From Actinomycetota bacterium (GTDB taxonomy: Bacteria; Actinomycetota; UBA4738; JACQTL01): a stretch of DNA of 64,000 bases. Made by a program: the position numbers and the translations under genes. The notes below the pieces were generated by a model. That model did no database searches. It was not told the DNA's origin and was given only the letters and a program-made list of their open reading frames with translations. Below, in pieces: positions 1 through 8,146 of this stretch. The first letter of the stretch is position 1, and the number at the start of each line of letters is the position of its first letter. The stretch is taken from contig JBJMLO010000008.1 in NCBI GenBank assembly GCA_045805265.1, positions 128,846 to 192,845 on the forward strand. The letters are read 5' to 3'.

Positions 1-731
1 GCCCTGGCCGCGGCCGTGAGCCGAAGCCAGTTCCCGCCGAGCACCAGGGACTCCTGGTCCCGAGGGAGCCCGAGGGCCCGGACCTTCGCCAGCTCGACGC
101 CCGGGTGGAGCCACGGGCCGTCGGTCCCGAACAGCAGCTTGTGGGCCCCGCCCCGGCCGACGGCCTCGACGAGGAGATCGAAGCGTCGGATCCCCGAGGA
201 GTCCGCGTGCACGTTCGGGGCCCGCGCCAGGAGGTCGATCGTCTGCCGTTGCGCGCGCCAGTCGTCGGCGAAGCTCCCGAGGTGGGGGACGATGAACTGC
301 ACTTGCTCGTATTGCTGCGCCGCGAGGTCGACGGTGGCCACCTCCCCCATCACGTCGTAGAGCACCGGAAGCTCCAGCGACCCGGCCACCTCGCAGACTT
401 CACGGGTGATCCGGGAGTCGTGGCGGTGCAGCTTGATCCCGCACGCCCCCCAGCCCGTCACCGCCTCGGTCACCATCGCCCGGATCCGGCCGGCGTCCCG
501 TTTGGCGTCCACCATGGCGTAGCCGAAGAACCGGTCGGGCCGGGCGGCCACGATGCGGCCCACCTCCCGGTTGGCCCGGCGGTAGTCGGAGTTGAATGCC
601 GCGAACAGCACCGTCCGGCCGATCCCGGCCCGGGCGGCCCGCCGGAGGTAGGCCCCGAGGGGCGCGTCCGTGTCCCAGGGCCCGGTGAGGCCGTCCCCCT
701 GGCCTGCGTGACAGTGGCTGTCGACGATCAT
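1..731 (-). CDS. Amidohydrolase family protein (Amidohydro_2-like TIM-barrel metallohydrolase), 3' end outside the window
   Basis: Not in the ORF track because it has no stop in the window. Manual translation from ATG 731 gives MIVDSHCHAG (HxH metal motif) ... GIKLH ... IVPHLG ... LLFGTDGPW ... VLGGNWLRL. ATGA overlap with the upstream stop at 728-730. Confidence 0.85.
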   Translation of the reverse strand, partial: MIVDSHCHAGQGDGLTGPWDTDAPLGAYLRRAARAGIGRTVLFAAFNSDYRRANREVGRIVAARPDRFFGYAMVDAKRDAGRIRAMVTEAVTGWGACGIKLHRHDSRITREVCEVAGSLELPVLYDVMGEVATVDLAAQQYEQVQFIVPHLGSFADDWRAQRQTIDLLARAPNVHADSSGIRRFDLLVEAVGRGGAHKLLFGTDGPWLHPGVELAKVRALGLPRDQESLVLGGNWLRLTAAAR

Positions 732-1846
732 CCCGCGACCGCCCGCCTGCGGGCCCTCGGTTGGGCCGTCCGCCCGGCCCTCGGACGGGCTCGCCCCCCC
801 GAGGCCACCACGATCCCGAGCGCCTCGACCGTCCGGTCGATCTCGGCCTCGCGGTGACCGGCGGTGACGATGAACGACACCGCCAGCCCCCGGCCGCACC
901 TCGGCCGATGCAACACCGTGCGGACCCCGAGCTCGAGGAGGCCCCGGTGGGTGGCCTGGGGGTCGAGGCCGGGCTCCGACCGGACGGACTGGAGCGGGAA
1001 CAGGCCCTCCGAGAGGGGCACGCCGAGCGCCGAGGCGCCGGCGCGGAACCGGGTCACGAGCCGTGCGAGGCGCCGCCGGAGCGCGTCCCCCACCCGGGCG
1101 TTGGCTCCGAGGGCCCGGACGGCCGCGTTGAGATGGGCGTTCGAGGCCGGGCTGCAGTGGACCCGGGTCGCGCTCCTCGACTCGTATCGTCGAACCGCCG
1201 CCCGGCTGCCGGCCACGGCGGCGACCGGAACCCCCAGCCCCTTGGCGAGGGAGGCCACGACGATCAGACCCGCGTCCCCGACGCCGGTCCAGCGCGCGAC
1301 GCCGCCGCCTCCCCGGCCGTAGGGATGCCCGGGCGCCGGAGTTCCCAAGATGCCGAGGGCCTGCGTGTCGTCCACGACCACGGTGCCGGGCTGGAAGCGG
1401 GCGACCGCCAGGTAGTCACCGACGGGAGCCACGCCGCCGCAGCCGGGACACAGGCCGTCGGTCAGCACGAACACGGATCGGGGGTCGCCGGCCTCGGCCA
1501 GTGCCCGCCGAAGCGATGCCGGGTCGTGGTGTCGGAACCTCCTGACCTTCGCCCCGGCGCACCGCGCCCGTTCCGCGCCCCACGACGCGATCGGGTAGGT
1601 CCCCTCGTCCACCAGGATCGTCCTGGCCCCCATCGCGACGAACAGGTCCCAAAACGCGTGCAGAGTGGAGGGCGCCACGGTCGCCGCCGTCGTCCCGATG
1701 AGCCCGGCCACCCGGCTCCCCACCTCACGCGCCGCGGGCGCCTCGGCCAGCGCGGCCGGCCGGCCGGTCGTGAGCTCCGCCCACGGAGGCACGCGCTCGC
1801 CACCGTGCCGCATCCCGAGGTACAGGGAGGAAGTGAGGTCGATCAC
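728..1846 (-). CDS. PLP-dependent class II aminotransferase of the alpha-oxoamine synthase (AONS/BioF-like) family, divergent
   Basis: C-terminal part of ORF 728..3283, restarted at GTG 1846: IDLTSSLYLGM, FRHHDPASL, VVDDTQALG, ASLAKGLG (PLP lysine), SFIVTAGHRE. Confidence 0.8.
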   Translation of the reverse strand: MIDLTSSLYLGMRHGGERVPPWAELTTGRPAALAEAPAAREVGSRVAGLIGTTAATVAPSTLHAFWDLFVAMGARTILVDEGTYPIASWGAERARCAGAKVRRFRHHDPASLRRALAEAGDPRSVFVLTDGLCPGCGGVAPVGDYLAVARFQPGTVVVDDTQALGILGTPAPGHPYGRGGGGVARWTGVGDAGLIVVASLAKGLGVPVAAVAGSRAAVRRYESRSATRVHCSPASNAHLNAAVRALGANARVGDALRRRLARLVTRFRAGASALGVPLSEGLFPLQSVRSEPGLDPQATHRGLLELGVRTVLHRPRCGRGLAVSFIVTAGHREAEIDRTVEALGIVVASGGRARPRAGRTAQPRARRRAVAG

Positions 1847-1860
1847 GGCTCGCGCCGCGA

Positions 1861-3384
1861 TCAGGTCCGCACACCCACCCGCGACCCGTCGGACGAGACC
1901 TGCTTCGGGAGCCGCTTGCGGAGCAGCACGGCCGGGATCGTGGCGTTCACCTGCCCCGTCACGGTGCTCGCGGCCAGGTCCACGCCGGTCGCGGCGCGAT
2001 AGGCATGGAGGTAACCCTGGACCTCCGGGCGCCAGTACCGGGCCCAGTTCGCCGCGCTCTCGGGGTGGATCTGGCCCGTCCAGGCCCCGTATCGGATCGA
2101 GAGAAGGATCTTCTCCCCGAAGATCGCGAGGTCCCGGAAGTGCAGGATCGACGTGTCCGTCCACGCCTGCAGGCTCTTCATGGTCTCGACCGAGTCCATC
2201 CAGGGCTCCGGGTAGTCGACCATGATCCGCCGGGGCAGGAACTCCCGCATCTCCGGGCGGGCCAGGATCCACTGCTGCATCAGGAACTCCTGCCGCGCGG
2301 TCCACGGGAGGTCGCCATACTGGTTGTGGGCGCCCTGAGTCAGCTGGAGATGGACCTCCCGTAGGCCGTTCAGCACGGGGAACCCGTCGGCGACCACCGT
2401 CGTGTCGTCGTCCTCCTTGTAGAAGATCGAGCACAGCATCAGGAGCGTGTGGAACGCCTCGAGGAACCGGGACCGCGAGTCCGCGCCCCGGATCGCGGGG
2501 ATCGCCTTTCCGATGAGCTTCAGGCCGTACTCGTGGTCGTACTCGTAGGCCCGCCGGGGGATCGTGAGCCGGTGCTCCTCGTCCTGCACCCAGCCCCACA
2601 GCAGGTTGTTCAGTCCGCGGAGCGGGTCGATCTCCAGCATCGCGAGCGGGTCGCGCTCCGCGGGGCCCCGCCGGTTCTGGAACCGCCAGCTCATGGCGTT
2701 CGTGGTCTGGACCAACATGCCTTCCTCGAGCCAGTAGTTCCAGAGCAATTCGAGCAGACACGGCCGGGTGAGCTTCGAGCGGAGGATCCCGTAGCACTGG
2801 CGGGCTCCGTACGCCCTCCGGCCGTGGATCGGGACGTCGCCGAGCTTCAGCTGGACGACGTCGTGCAGGTACGGGATCGTTCGGTGCTGGCCCACGGCCC
2901 GGAGGTACCCGAGCCACTGGGAGTCGACATCGGGGGCCGACGCCGTCGGCCGGAGCAGCCGGAGCTCCTCCTCCTCGGCGACCCCCACGTCCGAGGTCAG
3001 CACTCCGAAGTCGGCGTCCTCGAACCTCGTGTTGACCGAGATGCCGAGGTTGTCGTCGGACTCGCCGATCACCACTCCGCAGTGCGCCATCATGAAGACC
3101 TCGGTGGCGATCTTCAGCAGCCGGTACGGCTCCACATCCGGGAACGGGAGCTGGCGCTTCGCCCGGATGTGGTCGAACTGTCCCTGTGCGCGCGGCGGCG
3201 GCGAGCCACACATGATCGGCTCGATGAACGCCGCGTAGTTCTCGAAGGCCAGCGCCTCCGCGCTGTTGCGGATCACGACCCACAGCGCTTGGTCCGGCGT
3301 GGGCGTCACGTCGGCCCGGCGCATCGTCACCTCCACGGGCTGCCGCGGCCGGCCGCCCGGCGCCTTGAACATCGCCTTAGTCAT
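1861..3384 (-). CDS. Uncharacterised 507-aa protein, aromatic-rich and globular-looking; putative core gene of the operon
   Basis: ATG 3384 with GGAAGGAG RBS. Protein-like composition (LELLWNYWLEEGMLVQT, RRAYEYDHEYGL, GAHNQYGDLPWTARQE). The upstream in-frame extension to 3966 is a shadow of the neighbouring gene. Confidence 0.85.
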   Translation of the reverse strand: MTKAMFKAPGGRPRQPVEVTMRRADVTPTPDQALWVVIRNSAEALAFENYAAFIEPIMCGSPPPRAQGQFDHIRAKRQLPFPDVEPYRLLKIATEVFMMAHCGVVIGESDDNLGISVNTRFEDADFGVLTSDVGVAEEEELRLLRPTASAPDVDSQWLGYLRAVGQHRTIPYLHDVVQLKLGDVPIHGRRAYGARQCYGILRSKLTRPCLLELLWNYWLEEGMLVQTTNAMSWRFQNRRGPAERDPLAMLEIDPLRGLNNLLWGWVQDEEHRLTIPRRAYEYDHEYGLKLIGKAIPAIRGADSRSRFLEAFHTLLMLCSIFYKEDDDTTVVADGFPVLNGLREVHLQLTQGAHNQYGDLPWTARQEFLMQQWILARPEMREFLPRRIMVDYPEPWMDSVETMKSLQAWTDTSILHFRDLAIFGEKILLSIRYGAWTGQIHPESAANWARYWRPEVQGYLHAYRAATGVDLAASTVTGQVNATIPAVLLRKRLPKQVSSDGSRVGVRT

Positions 3385-3422
3385 GTGCCTCTCCTTCCTC
3401 CGTCCCTCGCGGGCTCCGCCCG

Positions 3423-4508
3423 CTACTTCCGGCGCAGGTGCGCTTCGACGACGTACGTCCCGGTCGGCACCGCCCGGGCGTCGATCCGGACCCGGGACCC
3501 CACGTCCTCGAGCAGGCCGCCCGCCTCGACGGTCCACTGGAGCTCGTAGCCGGCCGGGATCGGGCGCGGGAGCCTCGCCTCGGCGAGGACCAGCCCGGCG
3601 GAGTCGGGCTCGCTGACGTCGATGCGCTCTACGAACTTCTGCTCCGCCTCGCTCAGGACCTCGAGGGTCGCTTTGTGGTGCTCCTCCGCCTCCGCGAGCG
3701 CCTCCTCCGCCAGGCGCAGCTCGGCGTGCGCCCGGCGTTCCGCCTCCGGCGCCTCGACGAGCGCCCGCTCGGCTGCCTCGAACTCCTTCCTGGCCTCCTG
3801 GATCTCGGCCGGGCTGGCCCCGGGCGCCTTCGCCTGCAGCGCGTCGTGGGCGGCGGCCAGTTGCCGGTCGAGTCGCTCCTCTCTGGCGCGCAGCCCTCTG
3901 AGCTTCGCCGGATCGGGGGCCGCGGCCTTGAGCTCCGCCTCCGCGTCCCGAAGCCCCTTCTGCCACTCGGCGAGCTCCACCAGGTGCGCGTCGAGTGCCT
4001 CCTGTTGCTCACGAAGGGTTCCCGCCGAGTTCGCGAGCGCCGTCTTCTGCGCACCGGCCGGAGCAGCGGTCGCGGCGGAGTCGGTGTGCTTCGCGGACGT
4101 GGCCACCACCGTGGTGGCCCTCTTCGCGCTCGCGTTCCACTGCCTCGCCGCCTTGACGACCGATGCGAGGGCGTCTCGGGCGCGCTTGATCGAGTCGTGC
4201 GTCGCCTCGGCCTGGGCGAGCTCCCTCGTCACGGCATCGTGAGCCTCGCGGGTCTCGTCGTATTTCGCCTGGAGGGCCTTCGCATCGGCGTCGGAGAGCT
4301 CCACGCCCTCGGCCAGGACCCGGAATCGGGCCTCCGCGTTCCTCCACTGGCGCTGAGCAGCTCCGTTGAGCCCGGTCGTCGAATCGGCCCGCTTCCGCGC
4401 CGTCGCCTGTTCCTTCCTCCGTTCCTCCAGGATCGCCTCCGCCGCCTCGACCTCGTCGATGGCGAGGGCGAGCAGCTCCTCCGGCGTCCTGGTGATCGTG
4501 CCGGCCAT
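3423..4508 (-). CDS. Long coiled-coil protein with a small C-terminal beta-rich (Ig/PKD-like) domain
   Basis: GAGGAGG RBS. Ala/Glu/Arg-rich heptad-like helices over most of the length, then YELQWTVEAG...VRIDARAVPTGTYVVEAHL. Confidence 0.75.
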   Translation of the reverse strand: MAGTITRTPEELLALAIDEVEAAEAILEERRKEQATARKRADSTTGLNGAAQRQWRNAEARFRVLAEGVELSDADAKALQAKYDETREAHDAVTRELAQAEATHDSIKRARDALASVVKAARQWNASAKRATTVVATSAKHTDSAATAAPAGAQKTALANSAGTLREQQEALDAHLVELAEWQKGLRDAEAELKAAAPDPAKLRGLRAREERLDRQLAAAHDALQAKAPGASPAEIQEARKEFEAAERALVEAPEAERRAHAELRLAEEALAEAEEHHKATLEVLSEAEQKFVERIDVSEPDSAGLVLAEARLPRPIPAGYELQWTVEAGGLLEDVGSRVRIDARAVPTGTYVVEAHLRRK

Positions 4509-4525
4509 CTCGCTACCTCCTCACC

Positions 4526-5996
4526 TCAGGGCCGGGATCCAGCTCTCCGGCCGATCCGCACCATCGGGCGGGCCCCCGCCGGCCGCCCGCCGTGGATCCC
4601 GGGCGGCGACCTCCTGACCGTCCCCCCGCCTCCGCCCGGCGGGATCGCTCTCCGCCGGACGAAGGCACGGCCGTACGGGCCGACCAGACCCGGGGCCGGC
4701 TGAGCGCCCGCCCGCGCCGCCAGCGCGGCGTTTGCCCGGAGCGTGCTCTCGAGCGCCCAGTAGGAGATCAGCCGTCCCAGCAAGCGGTCCTCGCCCTCCG
4801 GCGTGATCAGTCCCCGGGCCCTCGCCTGGCCCACCACGGCGAAGGCGAGCGCTGGGCGGGTCCGGCGGACCGCCCGGGGGTCTGCGGTCCACTGCGCGTA
4901 CAGGCGGATCAGCCGATCCGGTGTGCGGTCCGCGGTCCGGACGGCATCGCCGACGGTGCGTCCCCGGAGCGTGCCGGGACGGTGTCCCAGGACCAGTCGG
5001 ACGAACGCCGGCATGGTCGCCAGCAGGGCCTGGAGCACCCGACGGCGCTGCGCCGGCAGTCCCTCTGCCGGATAGAACGAGGTCCAGACGCTCGCCAGAC
5101 GGCGCCACTGCCGGTCGGGGTACAGGGCTTCGCCGAACGCGCATGAGACATGGACCCGAATCCACGAGAAGGGGTGGGGGTCGTCCGCCGACATCCGGAA
5201 CACGAACGCGCGCGGCAGACTCACCAATCCGATGAGGCCCATGGTCGACGAGACGCCGACCCGGGCGATGGAGAACAGGTCCGCGACGACCTCCGAGATC
5301 CATCGCTCCCACATGCGCCATGCGAGCCGCTCCGGCCCCGCCGCCGCGAGGCCGGCCCGGTGGATCTCCGGGCGGAGCGATTCGACCAGCCCGAGGAGCG
5401 CAGCCGCTTGGTGACCGGCCTCGTGGATCAGGGAGGAGGAAATCCCGTATGTAGCCGATCATGCGCTCCCGAGGGATGCGGATGATCGACACAGGGTTCT
5501 CACCTCCCCCGGGCAGGCGGGTCCGCGCACGGCGGATGGCGCCGCCCAGCCCCCGATGCAGGTAGCACACGGCCGGTGGCGCGCGGAAGTACCCCCCGGG
5601 CAGGTCGAGGGCGTCCTGGACCGCCACGTCGAGACCCGACAGCCACAGCCCGGTCTCGTGTTCGCTTCGTTGCGTGATCGCGTCGGAGAACAGATCCAGC
5701 TGCGACAACGCCAGGTTGAACCGGAGCCGGAGGAACGTGTACCGCCGCTGCTGTTCGCTCGGCCGGGCGCCGCGCCCGTGGCCCCGCAGCCACCTGAGGT
5801 ACCGGAGGATCTGGCGTCGAAGCGTCCGCCTCCCGCCGATCAGGTACAGCTCGATGGCCGTCTGGGCCTCGGGCGACAGCGCCGCGGCGGGCAGCATCGT
5901 CTCCTGGAGGGCAAACGGCTTCACCCGATCCAGCCGAGCCAGCAGCGCGCGGGCCTCGCGCTCCAGCATCCACGTGGACAGGCCGTCGGTGGACAC
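4526..5996 (-). pseudogene. HExxH zinc metallopeptidase-like protein (M48/gluzincin-like), frameshifted by a 4-nt insertion
   Basis: The frame of ORF 4521..5996 is coherent up to RERMIGY. The frame of ORF 4526..5314 continues YGISSSLIHEAGHQ...WISEVVAD...DDPHP. Minus-strand DNA reads GGC TAC ATAC GGG at about 5447-5453; removing 4 nt gives one 488-aa ORF. Confidence 0.8.
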
Positions 5997-5999
5997 GCG

Positions 6000-7166
6000 T
6001 CAGGCCCCGTAGACGATGATCCGGTTGCCCTGACGGACCCACGTGCCGGACCCCTGACCCCCGCCGGACCCGTCCGCCGGCCCCCCGCCGCCCCAGGTCG
6101 ACGGGCCGCCGTACCAGCCGCCGTACCCGGGCCCGTACCAGCGCCGGCGCGCGGACGGCGCGTACCCGTAGCCCGCGCGGCGCCGGGCGTAGGGGGCGCC
6201 CCGGTAGGCGTACCTCGGCATCCGGCGTCCGTAGCCCCGCCGGTAGGGGGCGCCGACCCGACGGGAGGGGCTCCGGTAGCCGTACCGGCCGAGCATCGCC
6301 GGCCGGCGAACGCCGACTCCCATCGGACGCCGCGGCACGACCGGACCGCCCAGGGAGCGGACCATCGACCGGTAGATGCCCGGCGCGTGGGAGCGCGCCG
6401 CTGCCGCCACCGCGGCGCGGGCCACCGCCTGGGGGCTGATGCCGGGCCGCGGCCGGGCCAGCGCCGCGTTCCTCGCCGACGCGGCAGCGAGGTTGACGAA
6501 GCGCCGGGCCACCTCGAACTCGGCCGCCTCGGCCGGCATGGCCTCCAGCTCGACCTCGAACAGGCCGCCCGCCATGGATCCGAGCTTGCTGCCGAGTGCG
6601 GTGCCGATCCCCGGCGCGATCATCGACCCGAGCGCCCCGCCCACGACCGGCAGGGCCTTCTTCGCCACGCTCTTCAGCACGCCGCCAAGGGCCCGCCCGA
6701 TCGGTGACTTGATGAAGCCGCCGACCCCGCGCGAGATGCGCTTGAAGACGTTGCCGAGGAACTGCTCGAGCTCCTGTTCGTTGTTGATCTCCAGCAGCTC
6801 GGAGGCCAGCTCGACCTCCTGGGCGCCGGAGAGCGGCGACTCCAGCTCGCCGCCGAGGATCGACCCGAGGATCCCGCCGAGGAACTGCTCGGTCTCGAAC
6901 TCGCCGCCGCCCTCGAACTCGCCTCCCTCGAACTCGCCGCCTCCCTCGAACTCGCCGCCGCCCTCGAACTCTCCTCCCTCGAACTCGCCGCCGCCCTCGA
7001 ATTCGCCGCCCTCGAACTCGCCGCCGCCCTCGAACTCGCCTCCCTCGAACTCGCCGCCTCCCTCGAACTCGCCGCCCTCGAACTCTCCTCCCTCAAACTC
7101 TCCGCCCTCGAACTCGCCTCCCTCGAACTCCCCGAATTCCGTCAGCTCCGCACCCTGCATGCCCAT
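6000..7166 (-). CDS. Acidic-repeat protein, paralog B: (G)GGEFE repeats, amphipathic Gly-rich core, Arg/Tyr/Gly-rich tail
   Basis: GAGGAGG RBS. Shares ELASELLE..EQELEQFLG, LELE..EFE.AR and the C-terminal GxWxRxGxxIxxYG with paralog A. Confidence 0.85.
   Translation of the reverse strand: MGMQGAELTEFGEFEGGEFEGGEFEGGEFEGGEFEGGGEFEGGEFEGGGEFEGGEFEGGGEFEGGEFEGGGEFEGGGEFEGGEFEGGGEFETEQFLGGILGSILGGELESPLSGAQEVELASELLEINNEQELEQFLGNVFKRISRGVGGFIKSPIGRALGGVLKSVAKKALPVVGGALGSMIAPGIGTALGSKLGSMAGGLFEVELEAMPAEAAEFEVARRFVNLAAASARNAALARPRPGISPQAVARAAVAAAARSHAPGIYRSMVRSLGGPVVPRRPMGVGVRRPAMLGRYGYRSPSRRVGAPYRRGYGRRMPRYAYRGAPYARRRAGYGYAPSARRRWYGPGYGGWYGGPSTWGGGGPADGSGGGQGSGTWVRQGNRIIVYGA
6894..7133 (-). repeat. 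Coding tandem repeat, 15 units of 15 or 18 nt, encoding GGEFE/GGGEFE
   Basis: Fifteen ctcgaactc-like cores on the + strand, separated by 6-9 nt of Gly codons with synonymous variation. Confidence 0.95.
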
Positions 7167-7195
7167 GGGCCTCCTCCTCTCTCCCGGTGACCTCG

Positions 7196-7873
7196 TCAGG
7201 AGCCGTACAGCACGATCGTTCGACCTCTCCGGATCCAGCGGCCCCCACGCGGCCAGGCGCGCGTCGAGCGACCCTGGAGCCGCGGCAGGAGACCGGGCGC
7301 GTAGATCCGCGCCGAGCTGCGGGCGGCCAGCCGCGCCACCGCGGAGGGCGGCAGGTGCGCCGGCGCGGCCACCGCCCGCCGGGCCGCGGCGCTCACGAAC
7401 CGCACGAGCTGGCGGGCGATCTCGAACTCGCGGTCCTCGCCCGAGAGGCCCTCGAGCTCCAAGCCGAGCAGCGTGCCTGCCGCTGCCCCGGCCCTGGCGC
7501 CGATGTCCCCGTACCCGCCCACGCGCTCGCCGATGGCCCGGCCCACGACCGGCAAGGCCTGCTTCGCGGCGCTCTGAAGGCTGTCCTTGAGGATGGTCCC
7601 GAGCGCCCGGCCGGTGTCCGAGCGGATGAAGTTCCCCGCGGCCCGCCCGACCGCCCCGAACACGTTCCCGAGGAACTGCTCGAGCTCCTGCTCGCTCGAC
7701 ACCTCGAGGAGCTCCGAGGCCAGCTCGATCTCCTGCATCTCGCCGAGCGGGCTCTCCAGCTCGGCGGGCGACTCGAACTCGCCGACTTCGAACTCAGAGC
7801 CCTCGAACTCGCCGGGGCCCTCGAACTCTCCGACCTGCCCGTGCTCGAGTTGCGTCCGTCCGATGTCGTGCAT
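7196..7873 (-). CDS. Acidic-leader protein, paralog A (225 aa)
   Basis: ATG 7873 with GGGAGG RBS. MHDIGRTQLE..GEFEGPGEFEGSEFE..ELASELLEVSSEQELEQFLG..GRWIRRGRTIVLYGS; clear similarity to 6000..7166. Confidence 0.85.
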   Translation of the reverse strand: MHDIGRTQLEHGQVGEFEGPGEFEGSEFEVGEFESPAELESPLGEMQEIELASELLEVSSEQELEQFLGNVFGAVGRAAGNFIRSDTGRALGTILKDSLQSAAKQALPVVGRAIGERVGGYGDIGARAGAAAGTLLGLELEGLSGEDREFEIARQLVRFVSAAARRAVAAPAHLPPSAVARLAARSSARIYAPGLLPRLQGRSTRAWPRGGRWIRRGRTIVLYGS

Positions 7874-7980
7874 CCATACCTCCCGCGCCCTCCGGGCGGC
7901 GCCCCGGCCGTCGGCGCCGCGTTGCCATGGCCACGCCCTCACCTCCTCGATCCGTCGATCCGCGTCGCTGTCCCCATCGG

Positions 7981-7997
7981 TGCACGTTCCGTGCCGG
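7981..7997 (-). promoter_or_regulatory. Sigma-54 (-24/-12) promoter for the acidic-repeat operon
   Basis: Minus strand CCGGCACGGAACGTGCA has GG-N10-GC spacing and the GGCACG core, about 110 nt upstream of the first gene. Confidence 0.7.
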
Positions 7998-8146
7998 GCT
8001 GCCTCGGCGATCGACGTCGGGGGGGGACGCGAACGACGCTTCGGCTCGGGGGATCCGCGCCTCGCCAGGACGAAGCGACCTTCGCCTCATTTGGAGCGGG
8101 CCGGCGGCGCACGACGGGGACGGGGCATTTCCGGTGACGCCTGGGC

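Noticed and set aside
728-1846. Assigning the symbol bioF
   Set aside because: Key motifs diverge and there is no biotin gene context; only the family can be supported.
728-3283. The 851-aa ORF as one protein, and other long Arg/Gly/Pro-rich ORFs across the window
   Set aside because: These are alternate-frame or antisense shadows caused by high GC; only segments with recognisable motifs and RBSs were kept.
6894-7133. Possible CRISPR array
   Set aside because: Units are 15-18 nt with no unique spacers, stay in frame and encode GGEFE; no cas genes are present.
4526-7873. Classical RiPP cluster with an alpha-ketoglutarate-dependent HExxH enzyme
   Set aside because: There is no radical SAM, YcaO or lanthionine enzyme and no short precursor; the HExxH..ExxAD..HP pattern fits a peptidase better.
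7794-7928. 44-aa Arg-rich ORF (MATRRRRPGRR...) behind a GGAGGTG sequence, overlapping the start of paralog A
   Set aside because: Its composition is that of a shadow frame and it overlaps a well-supported gene; a regulatory leader peptide cannot be excluded but is unsupported.
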